This document shows positions 13,927-25,203 of a DNA stretch of 64,000 nucleotides, piece after piece (the first letter of the stretch is position 1; the number at the start of each line of letters is the position of its first letter). The stretch comes from Saccostrea cucullata (Eukaryota), in contig NW_026932767.1 in assembly GCF_032062105.1 (NCBI RefSeq), positions 62,001 to 126,000 on the forward strand, given 5' to 3'. The translations under genes were made by a program, and so were the position numbers. The notes beneath the pieces are model-generated. The model was not told the DNA's origin. It worked only from the letters and a program-made list of their open reading frames with translations, and made no database searches.

Positions 13927-14863
13927 TTAAACATGTTTACTCACAAAAAATTGAGGTACCTTACCAGGCATTTCTGCAAGATATCAGCGGTAGTTTTTCT
14001 TACATAATCCTTTGGGGAAGAAAAATAATTTTCTAATTTCAAATATTTAAGTGTTTGGATTTTTTAAAAACGTTTAGAAACTGGTTTAGAAATCAGAATG
14101 TTATTAAAATTTTGAATATTTTTCATACATTATGAATATATACAAAACAAATTTTGAGGAACGTCTCGTCTGACCTTAAAGCTGAACACGATTCGTTAAA
14201 GGAATGTGTCCGCCATTTTTGCTCGGAGAATCTCTATACCTGCAGACCCCTATATAAAGGACAGGACTTATTCTCTTTTCAGTGTAATCAGTCGACACCG
14301 GTGTAGACGAACGTATGCTATACAGCACTCGGTAGCGACAATGATAACGTATCGTTATACCCTTATAAATAGCTTTCTACGGTATATATTTATTACTATT
14401 AATAAAAAGTTCAACAAAAGAAATATTTATTACATCGCTCTAACAATTTCACTGTTGACTGGCATGCCAGTCCAACATAAGAATTGTTAAACCGCAACGT
14501 CACTGCTACGTCACAAGTAATTAATCATCGTTCAATATCGGGCACGGAAATAGCCGAAGTTAAGACCTGCCAGAGTTGTTACTACCAGCCAGGTAAGGAA
14601 GAAGTGAAGAGTTTGATTTGTTTTCAATTATTTTTGAGATATAATAAAAATGTAAATAATTTTGTTCTTTCCCAGCTATTGTTTTATATTTACTGATTAA
14701 GCCATAATATTCCATATAAAGTAATTGATAATATAGTGTGTATTGATTAAATCTTAAGTGAGCACTGAAGGGTATAACAAAACAGTTATAGACTGGGATT
14801 CAGGCAACATATGAATTGTTGGACCTGAAGGTGAAACTTTGTCTAATGCAGGAAAGTAAGATA

Positions 14864-15362
14864 CAATGAAGCGCATTGAAGTGGTAAAATTTTCCGTTTG
14901 GATGGAACGTTTTGAGCTATCTTTAGACACGCCCATTTCTTTAGAAAGGAAAAATCGGTCAAATGATTCAATCGAAAACCTGTAGAACAGGTATTCCATA
15001 AAAATAATAGCCAATCAAATTGGCGGTCTACATAAACACCGAGTAAGCACGTGTTCGACTGATACATGTAATGCTAACTCCAATAAACATGATAAAATCA
15101 CAATTATGTACAAATTCGTTTCAATGCGTGTTTTACAGAAGCGGGGACTCTATATATAGCTCTTTCTTATTAAAAAATCTTCATTTCAGTGTAACTCATG
15201 TTGCTTGTCGCGGAAAGTGGGGTGTCCTAAAACATTGCGACGAATATTTCTTTCTCTTTTCCAAAGAAATGGGCGTGTCGTTATGCTATAATTGAAGTTC
15301 AAAACATGACTCAGAACGTTTCATCCAAATGGAAAATTTTACCACTTCAATGCACTTCATTG
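14864..15362. mobile_element. TA-target MITE (Tc1/mariner-like)
   Basis: TIR of ~50 bp (caatgaagcgcattgaagtggtaaaattttcc) with TA duplicated. The empty site is visible in the opposite palindrome arm (gtttcttgggtatcttacttt). Confidence 0.9.
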
Positions 15363-16018
15363 TACCCAAGAAACTTAAAATTATAGTTGTACAGGTCAGT
15401 ACAGTATACAAACAAACACAGATACACGTAACTGCAATAAAATGTAAACAAAAGCAACGCAAGATAACCAGCACGAACACGGGTCGCCATTCTACGCAGA
15501 TACCCGTGACACTAAAGCAGTCAGGTGTGACGAATCTGAAGAGTATATCCTGAGGCCTGTTCAGATTCTTCACACCTGACTGCTTTATTGTCACGGGTAT
15601 CTGCGTAGAATGGCGACCTGTGTTCGTGCTGGTTATCTTGTGTTGGTTTTGTTTACATTTTATTGCAGTTACATGTATCTGTGTTTGTTTGTATACTGTA
15701 CTGACCTGTACAACTATAATTTTAAGTTTCTTGGGTATCTTACTTTCCTTCATTAGACGAAGTTTCACTTTCAGGTCCAACAATTCATATTTTGCCCGAA
15801 TCCCAGTCTATAACTGTTCTGATATACCCTTCAGTGCTCACTTAAGATTTAATCAATACACACTATTTTATCAATTACTTTATATGGAATATTATGGCTT
15901 AATCAGTAAATATAAAACAATAGCTGGGAAAGAACAAAATTATTTACATTTTTATCATATCTCAAAAATAATTGAAAACAAATCAGACTCTTCACTTCTT
16001 CCTTACCTGGCTGGTAGT

Positions 16019-16289
16019 GGACATTTACGAGAAGCACTGACTTTTACGGCTGACTTTAAACCTGTGTCATCTAAGGAGGTACAGACTTGAAAATAGACCA
16101 GGAAACCTTTCTAGTGGTCATGGTAATGGTGTTAGGGGCACTTTTACTTACCTTGCTTTGAAATAACCCATTATTTTTGTTGAATGATGTGTTGAGCTAA
16201 ATATTTATATCGTAAAAGAGTTTCCGTACACTGTCCTAGTGTAAAAGTAAGTCGTCAACTGTAAAAGTCAGCGCTTCTCGTAAAAGTCC
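16019..16289. mobile_element. Small MITE with apparent 3-bp TSD (AGT)
   Basis: TIR ggacatttacgagaagcactgacttttac / gtaaaagtcagcgcttctcgtaaaagtcc. The empty site ggtagtaacaac is inferred from the left arm. Confidence 0.7.
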
Positions 16290-18064
16290 AGTAACAACCA
16301 CCCCTGCTAATGTGTTCGGAACCTTTTTTTTTTCGGTATTCTGCACATTATAAAACCCGATGAGTTCAGAGTAGCTCTGGCGGTTGCTCTAGCGAGAGTT
16401 AGCGAGACTACAGCGAGATAGGGTAAATTATTCACGGAAATGTGGCTAGGAAGTGACTTGCACGTGGAGACATAGTAAACAGAAGAGTTATGTTGCGTTT
16501 CAGTTTTCACCACCCTATAATTTCTGTAGAAATGTACTTCAATTGATCTCTCTTGAATTCATTCAAACTTAACTAAGTATTCTCTATGATACAATTTCTG
16601 GTCATAGTAATGGTGTTAGCAAAGGGGCACTAAAATGTGAAGACCGAGAATTTTAGTGAAAGAAAGGGAAAATCGTATGGCGATCGGAAAGGCACAAAGA
16701 CCATTTTTCCATCCATTTCATAAATAAAGAGCATCTTTTAAAAATTGTATTATTTTCATGCTCACAATGACAAACAATTCATTTGTTGAATAAACGGTGG
16801 AAGTCGAGGTTTTTCAAAGTCATGTTGCAATTGAAAGCGATTTGCGTCTCTATTAATTCTTTTGTTGTACTATTGAAATAACCACATATAGTTTTTTTGT
16901 TGTCCATTTAAAATGATGTGTTGTTCTTAACTTGACAAAGTACATTTCATTAAATATTTATATCGTGACATCTTTATAAAGATTTTGTTCATAATATTTT
17001 TTTAAATTTTCCACCCCATTGACATAATCATAGCTTGACCTGAACCACGTGTTCGAAGTAAAATGTAAACATGTATTTGGCGTAAACGTTGCTATTTAAC
17101 GATTGGTCAGTTGCTCGTGGTACGAGCCTCTGTGCGTATTAATAACAATAACCATATAAGGCAAACAAAGGTTTGTCTGTGTAGATGATATTACACATTT
17201 TACCAACGTATCGGTCGCAAGTGTGCTCTAATTTTCGCAGTAAATTATGATAAGATATATTGTTATTTTAACCCCCCCCCCCTCTTTTAGCCACCATTTT
17301 CTATTGAAAATCATGAAAGTCCTTCAAAAAGGTCTGGAAACACATTTTTCATAGGACATCTTTTCACAAGAAACAGACGGTATTCAAAACAGACTATACC
17401 AATTTCCTATTTACTGCCAATTTTATTTATAAAACCGGTTCCATTCTATAACCTTTGAATGGGTCAACCTAACCCACGTGTCTTGAATTTAAATCACAAT
17501 AACATTAGTAGGGGTGACAACTCTTGCAGGTCTTAACTTCGGCTATTTCTGTGCCGCCGATATTGAACGATGATTAATCACTTGTGACGTAGCAGTGACG
17601 TTGCGGTTTAACAATTCTTATGTTGTAATATTGTCTGCTCGGATCAGGAAAATTTCATCAATTTTTTAATACAATATATATGACAGAAAATTCTCCATAA
17701 GATTTATATCTTCAATATTATGTGACAAACATCGAAATGTAGGCCAATCATTGAAGTTATTCGACTCTCACACGTATTTTATCTTTCGTAATCCGTAGCA
17801 TATTATCTCAATTCACTGAGTGGGTGATTGTTATTTCGTTCTGTTTGCATAATGTGGACGGACTGTGAACATTATTTAAGGTTGCTTATTTTTCCTCGAC
17901 TGTTTTGATATTAGTTTCGACACTCTTCAGTTGATATGGACCCCCAATCCACAAATCCAAACACAATAGATGAAAAGAAAAACATTTGTAAAAAAAAATA
18001 TTTTAATACTCATCTCATATATACCCTCTCCTTGCCTAATTTTTATACTAAAATAAAATAAACA

Positions 18065-19084
18065 TCAAACTTTTTTACGCCATAAAACATCGTTTGGCCA
18101 CTGACCTCTCTGGTCAATGGGTAAAACGCGTCTATCTGTTGGTACAGTGGCTTCAAAATTATGGCGTTTAAAAAATTCTACTATTTCTTGGCCTTCTGGA
18201 CCAGTTTTGAGCCACAACCATTCCATAAGCACTGCTGTCACATTCACTCGTTTGAAAAATTCCTCCCCACCCCTGAACACTCTATTTTCATATCCTTCCA
18301 CATCAATTTTGATCACAGCTTTTTTGGCTTTAAATCCTGGAAGCTCTAAAATGTCGTCAAGTTTGGCAGTTTGGACAGAGCCGTAATTTCCACCAACTTC
18401 ACTACCTTTGACTTTATTTTGATTTTTATCCTTAGCTACAAAGGTCCCACCGACATTGCCTTTATCTTCGCCAAGCGACACCATTTCTCTAACGTCTGAT
18501 AAGGCGTTATATACTACTTTAATATTTTTAGTAAAATTCCCTGCTTTTATGGAAGCACACAATCGCTCGACATTCATTGCAAGTGCGTCCACTGCAACTA
18601 CTTGTCTGTTCATTTTAGCGACAGATAAGGCAAAAACACCTAAGTTTGTCCCAAGATCTATAAAATGAAGATCCTTATCTTCTCTTATAATGTTTGAAAT
18701 TATATCAACAAACTGGGGTTCCCATCTGCCATCTCGATATAAACTTCCGCTGACCCATTTATCTGTTAGAGGATCATAGATAAAAATGGGCGTGTCCCCA
18801 GAACTTGTATGTAATGAAGTTCTCATAAACTTAGATGTATCGTCACATGTTATGTTACTAGGCTTCCAATCCTTTTCACCTCTTTGATATATAAAGCAAT
18901 CAGATGGCATGGGGTCTTTTTGTAGTGCTTTTGTAGTTTTTGGATTACTCCAGAACTTGACACTATCATCCACCACTGGAGACAGATTTGGATTATGGAC
19001 ACATTGTAGACTCGCAATGAACCATCCTACGACGAAGCAACCAAACGCCAAGCAGCCAACTTTGACGGCTAGATTGAACTTCAT
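18065..19084 (-). CDS. FkbM-family methyltransferase, type II membrane protein, paralog 2 (339 aa)
   Basis: N-terminal TM segment (VGCLAFGCFVVGWFIASL), motif FIDLGTNLGVFA and IKIDVEGYE. A 3' splice acceptor (ttttacag) lies just upstream of the ATG, implying a 5'UTR intron. Confidence 0.9.
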   Translation of the reverse strand: MKFNLAVKVGCLAFGCFVVGWFIASLQCVHNPNLSPVVDDSVKFWSNPKTTKALQKDPMPSDCFIYQRGEKDWKPSNITCDDTSKFMRTSLHTSSGDTPIFIYDPLTDKWVSGSLYRDGRWEPQFVDIISNIIREDKDLHFIDLGTNLGVFALSVAKMNRQVVAVDALAMNVERLCASIKAGNFTKNIKVVYNALSDVREMVSLGEDKGNVGGTFVAKDKNQNKVKGSEVGGNYGSVQTAKLDDILELPGFKAKKAVIKIDVEGYENRVFRGGEEFFKRVNVTAVLMEWLWLKTGPEGQEIVEFFKRHNFEATVPTDRRVLPIDQRGQWPNDVLWRKKV

Positions 19085-20643
19085 CGTGGCTGCTACCTGT
19101 AAAATAAGGATTAGAAATTCATTAAGATTTATTCTGATACGAGATATTGATTTCGACCCTCAAGTGCTCGGCAACTAAGGCGCGTACCACGTGTAGGTTT
19201 TTAATCTTAACACAAGAAAATGACTGACCTTTCCTTATGAATGTAAAACCATTTTTGACAAAATGAGTATCCAAATTTCAAATCAAACAATATCACAAAA
19301 TCATTTGATTCTTCCAGCTCTATCAATCAGAATTAAAAGAAAAAAATCGTCTCGGACAAAGACACGTGTACGTAAAAATTTATTACAAGGTCCGTTATCT
19401 CAAACGATAACCGACCACGTGGTTTCTGTTTGCCCGGTAAAACAGCTTTGGTAAATAAAATTAGTGTACATTATGTATTAAACTGTCTCATCAAATTTAC
19501 AGATTAAATGAGGTCTTTCTTGAGTTAATATAACCAATGTAAATATTCAACACTTCTTGTTCTAAGTCTATAATAGGTGAAAAACTTGACCTTCCTGAAA
19601 TAAACACATAAATAGAAAGTTAAAACCCATTTTCAAATAACTTGAAATAAGTTCGTATTAATTAATATACTTCAATCTTCAACAGGTCCAAATTGTAGGG
19701 TTATGATTGCTGCTTCGATCAAATATGTGTAAAAAAAAAAAGTGTTGCTGACATTCGATGCCTGTCCAATCCACCACGCCATCATATACATATAACATGC
19801 TCTTCATTGATCAAACGCTCGTTGAATGTCCTAGTGAACATCTGGTATATACTTTCTCCTACTTTCATTTAAATTAGTTTTACATGTGTCTGATCAGTGG
19901 AGAAACATTTGCTTAAAAACATGTACTTTTACCCGCTGAATGATGAAGCCACGCCCTCGAGCGTAGTAACAGCCATCATTGCTTGACAAAGGGCGATTTT
20001 CCCAAAAAAATATACAGTGACTACGCAGAATTCATCGCAAGGTTTACTTTTAAATGTATTTGAATAATAAATTCAGTATAATTCAATAAGTATTGCATGT
20101 ATAGTTGAGTGTAACATTGAAAATTTTCTCCCCAAGAAAACAATTGTCAACCGAGGTTGCTATATGCGCCTTGGCTGACAATAACTTTCTTGGGCTGCGC
20201 CTCGGTTGACAGTTTTCTTTGAATTCGGTGTAAATAAAACGGGGGCCAGTATTTTATAATACCAGATGTTTTATCCAAAAGGTTTAGCGCCTTTCCAAGT
20301 CATGCCAGTGGTTGATGTATCCAAACCATGATGCATTGTCTTAATTTTACCCATTTAAATGATTCGGCTATGGACAACAACATTCACCCTCGTGGACAAT
20401 GCATTACCCTCTACTAACCACTATATCCTAGGTCTTGTATTTAAACCCACGCACGTTCCAGCTAGCATTTACTTGTGTCTACAAGAGTTAAAACATCAAC
20501 GAAGAAAGATAGTTTCATGTTTTACCAGAACATTTGGAATTTCTCTACCTATTTAAAGAAGTAATATTTGTCGAGTAAGATAGTCCGGGTTCGTGATAAC
20601 AAACCACGATTTCAATTTACAAAACACCAGAAAACTCTAAAAT

Positions 20644-20710
20644 TGCATATATCTCTATTTTTAAGTTACAGTACTAGTAGTACTGTAACTTAAAAATAGA
20701 GATATATGCA
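20644..20710. repeat. Perfect 33-bp-arm palindrome, 1-nt spacer
   Basis: tgcatatatctctatttttaagttacagtacta-g-tagtactgtaacttaaaaatagagatatatgca. Confidence 0.95.
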
Positions 20711-21132
20711 CGTACGTGGAATAATGCATCGCGTCAAGCTTTTTAGGTGCTGCATGGTCAAGTAACTGAAAGTACAGAATTAAGCAGATGCATTTTTTTA
20801 AATATGCAATTTTTTTTTTGTTTTATAGATTTTATAATTTCAAAAATTGTTCATAGGTTAAAAAATTGCATACTGGTTTTTACGAAGAAAATTTTATATA
20901 TGCACATTTCATCCAAAACTTTTCCTCTTAGGTATATGATGATTCAGAAAACAGTAAACTTTCAAACTTCATAAATATATAATTCAATGGTGGATTCAAG
21001 TTTACTCAACCCATTCCCCGAGGCTAAGATTTTGCAAAGAAAAACGTATGTCTTTCTTCAGCTTTCATCTCTATCAAAACCAAACAGTGAATGTCGGGGT
21101 TGGGGTAGGGGCCGACACCAAACATATTGATT

Positions 21133-22422
21133 TATTATACCCCCCCCCTTTCAAACGAAGTTTGGGGTTATATAGGAATCAGCTTGTCCGTCTGTGAATC
21201 TAGTTGTCTGTCTAGCTGTCTGTGCAAACGTGCCCGGTCCATATCTTTCCTACGGAGGAAACATTAGAATCTACTACTTCACACAAAGATGTGTGAACTA
21301 AGGGTGTGTTATGACCTTGACCCAAGGTCATTTGGGGAAGTTCAAGGTCACTGGAAGAAAAATGTCACAATTCGTGTCCGGTCCATATCTTTCTTTCTTA
21401 TGGATAAACTTGGTAACTTCCTATTTCACACAGAGATTGCTCATGACCTAAGGGTATGTCGTGACCTTGATCCAAGGTCATTTGGGGAAGTTCAAGATCA
21501 CTGGAAGAAAATTTTTATAATTCATGTTTGGTACATATCTTTATTATGGAAAAACTTCAATCTACTACTTCACACAAAGATGGCTTATGACCTGAGGGTG
21601 TGTTATGACCTTGAGCCAAGGTCATTTAAGTTCAAGGTCATTGAAAGAAAAATTTCATAAAATCGTGTACGGTCCATATCTTGCTTATGGATAAACTTGG
21701 TATATTCCCATTTCACACAAAGATTCCTCATGACCTAAGGGTGTGTCATGACCTTGATGCAAGGGTCATCTGTGCAAGTTCAAGGTCATTGAAAGAAAAA
21801 GTTCATAATCCGTGTTTGGTATATATCTTTCTTATGGAAAAACTTGGTAAGTTCCTGTTTTACACAAAGATTGCTTATGTCTTGAGGGTGTCTCACGAAC
21901 TTGTCTAAAGGTAATTTGTGCAAGTTTAAGGTCACTGAAAGGCAAAAGTTCATAATTTGTGCCTGGTCCATATCTTTCTTATGGATAAACTTGGAGGGTT
22001 CCTCATTTATACAAAGATTGCCTTTGACCTGAGGGTGTGTCATGACTTTGACAAGGACATAGATCAAAAAAATTCATAATTCATGTCTGGTCTATATCTG
22101 CCTTATAGATAAATGTGGTGAGTTCCCATTGACCTGAGGTTGCGTCATGACTTTGAACCAAGGTCATTGATGCAAGTTCAAGGTCACTGACAGAAAAAGT
22201 TCATAATTCGTGTCTGATCTGTATATATACTATTATTTAGTCTTTGTTTCTTTATACGGCTGCACCTTTGTTTCATTAATTAAAAATATAAGCAATTACA
22301 TATAATTTGCACCAAAAATGTTTTAGCATTTCTCTTTTCTCTTAGATCCATAAAATATTCATGATTTGGCACCTCTGAAAAACCCAGCGGGGGTATTTTG
22401 TCCCTTTTGGACAGTTCTAGTT
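21133..22422 (+). mobile_element. Helentron-associated non-autonomous element (HINE-like) with internal ~120-bp tandem array
   Basis: 5' ttattataccccc hairpin and gtcc/gtct microsatellite. About 8 diverged units containing the palindrome tgaccttgacccaaggtca. 3' ggggtat...gtcc..ggac hairpin, ending ctagtt. Confidence 0.75.
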
Positions 22423-22593
22423 AAATCTTATGTACATTTTGGACACAAAAGGGGGCGGGTCCCCTGCCCCCTCTAAATCCGCCAATGGTGTCATGTTTGT
22501 TCTGACTCATGACAAGATAGAGATCACCGACTTTCAGAAAAATATAGTTACCGGTATGTCTCTTATAATGCATATTCTACATCTGTGCAGAAC

Positions 22594-22764
22594 AGGTTAA
22601 CATTACATTTATTGGCTGAGTTTGAGGGCAACATGCGTTTTGTCGGACCCAAGAACCAAACTGTCTGCCAGAGGCCGTTAGACCGAGGGCAGACAGTTTG
22701 GTTCGAGGGTCCGACAAAACGCATTTTGCCCGAGAACTCTGTCAATAAATGTTTTGTTATACCT
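22594..22764. repeat. Imperfect ~80-bp-arm hairpin (non-autonomous element core)
   Basis: catttattg...tgcgttttgtcggaccc..gaaccaaactgtctgcc / ggcagacagtttggttc..gggtccgacaaaacgca...caataaatg. Confidence 0.8.
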
Positions 22765-24294
22765 TTCATTTTATTTTTTTTTTTTTTTGACATATATGTA
22801 TTTTGTACTGTATTCCGTGATGTAACATCAGGTCTGTCACTGTTTAACACCAACGAATGAAAATGAGATTAAGCTCCGCCCATTCTATGACGTAAGCGCG
22901 GTCCAACATCTCTCCGAGCGGTCCAACGTCGATTTTTTTATGCCCGCTCAGCAAAACATTAAAAATGTTAGACTTTTTTTCGTATAGATTTGTATAGGAG
23001 CAAATTTTTAAAGGTATAACAATAAGATTCATTTAACAATAAGAAAAAGCTGTCACCCTATGCTTGTCACAGTGCTTCGATGATTGAACAGCTTTCCTTT
23101 TCATTTGTAGAAATTATGCAGTTACTTTTCAAGGCGAAATAGGAAACGTGCGGAAATAATAGCATGTTTTTCCAAATATGTTATATTTCCTAACGATCTA
23201 GGCCTTTATCTGGATGAGCTGCATGGCTTTTAAATTAGTTTATTTAGATAATATCCACTAAATTAGTAACCAACCTTTATTATACCTCTGTTGATTTTTC
23301 ACCATATAAAAGTAAATTGATATATTTTGTCGATTTCCTGTAAATCACCGTAAAAAGACCGATTCCCTACAAAATCATTTTGATGAACTAATACACACCT
23401 ATTCGGAGCAACCAATGATTATTATCATATTAAAACTACCGAGATGTACTGAGAGATAGATGATTCACGTTACTTTATCATGCATGTAAATCAAAATTGC
23501 TTGCACATACATTGTATCAAATTTACAATTGATTCAAATCATTAAAAAAAATATTGAATCTGTCTTTTTCACTACATTTTGAGTAATCAGTATTTTTATT
23601 GCACGTCTTTATATTACAATGTGAATAAAATATAATTGCATTTACGGGGTTTGAAAATAGTCTATATTTGTATATCGGTATAATTACACTGGAAGATTTA
23701 GAGGGGGCCCAGGCACCCCTTTTGCGTTCGACAAATACATACAATTTGAAAAATCAAGGGTCTTATTGGTGTGGCTGAGGACCCCTACCCTGAACCCCCC
23801 CCCCCCCCACCTTTTCAAGATTTCTGGATCCGCCACTGAATTAGTCAAGTACCCCTGGTATATCATTTCAAGGGAGTCAGCAAGATTCCGGTTCCCCTGA
23901 GAGCAAATCTATTTCCCGAGGCGCATGTATATTACTTTTAAAAAAAAAAAAGTTTGTTGTTTTTTAATTATAGAAATCTTCTTACTTTCTAAACAATCTG
24001 TATCTGTGCCGCCAAAATATATCAATCACCAGGTGTGATACATGTAGATGAGAGCAATTTAATACATCGGAGGAAGCATTGGCCTCTATCAGCTCCATTC
24101 ACATTGTTTTGGAACATTCACACAATACAGCAAGAGGCCGATGGACAATCACGCTCACTTGATTAGCTAATGGCTCTTTTCTTCACCAACAGCTTCTTCT
24201 TCCTATATACCAGGTATCTTATTTAAAACTTTTACAACATATAATGACCCCACCCTACCCTTAGGAGGTCAAGATTTGAATGAATTATAAGTAG

Positions 24295-24800
24295 ATAACG
24301 AATGGAAATCAAGCTCAAAAGACTATCTAAATAGTACACATCAAGTGCAGAACAAACACGGACTTCATACACATCAGAGGTAAGACCAGGTGCCATGGAA
24401 GAGTGAGCATCCCCTACCGCCCGGTCACATCCGTCGTGTGCTCTTTGTCATGATCGGGAAATAACGGGAAAATTTGTTGACAATTCAGTTTTGAAATATA
24501 ATAGCATAATTACTATGTCAGTCAGCATTTGACTTAAAGATGGATTGTATTTACTGTCAAGGTCATTATGCTAATATCTCGACAATAAAACTTGCAAAAT
24601 GATGACTTTAAACGATACTGCTTATATTTTTTCATCAACCTGTTGGTCAACAGCTTGTCTCTTTTTAGAAATTTTTTGTACGTAAATCATGCTCTTGCGC
24701 ATCGAATCAACTGAGAGAATTATAAACCTCTTACGCAGGTGATAAGGGTATTTAAGCGAAGTTGACGATTGAAAAGACTAAGTCATCACGCTTATCATGA
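24295..24800 (-). mobile_element. Degenerate Penelope-like retroelement fragment
   Basis: The minus strand at ~24685-24740 reads as a decayed PAYGVYISQLIRYARAC-type motif. Shares its end with three other copies in the window. Confidence 0.6.
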
Positions 24801-25203
24801 AGCTAACCATTAAAGTATTTTTCTAATAAAATATCCAAATATGGAACAGATATGTCGAGACTCTGTGGTATCTTCTATTTCAACCTCTCTGGAATAAATC
24901 GTGTCGACATGTGAACAGAATGGAAATAACTATTGCTATAAATAATACGTCGTCGATATATCTACATGTCTAGTTCAAGGATACAGTAAGTGTTTTCCTC
25001 TCATATATTTTTTGTTTAAGTTCTGCTTCATGTGTCTATTAAAATGCGGCGCAACTGGTGCCCATGGGGATTCCAACAGAAGAAGCAGAATATTTTCCAA
25101 TGATAGCGGGCGATGGATCAAATACGAACGAAAACAGATATAGCGATAGGTCGTCTGAGTGAATCAGATAAACTTAATTATTATTTTTTAAAGGACATAT
25201 ATG

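Larger units (their letters stand above)
14575..16298. repeat. Long foldback palindrome, arms ~460 bp, centre ~15550
   Basis: 14581-14863 plus 15365-15540 is the reverse complement of ~15560-16018. Each arm is interrupted by a different MITE. Confidence 0.9.
14473..17625. mobile_element. TIR element (~110-bp TIRs) hosting a nested foldback and MITEs
   Basis: caacataagaattgttaaaccgcaacgtcactgctacgtcacaag... at 14473 is inverted at ~17515-17625. Confidence 0.8.

Noticed and set aside
15286-16090. 165-aa and 156-aa ORFs
   Set aside because: They run across a palindrome and mirror each other, with no recognisable domain.
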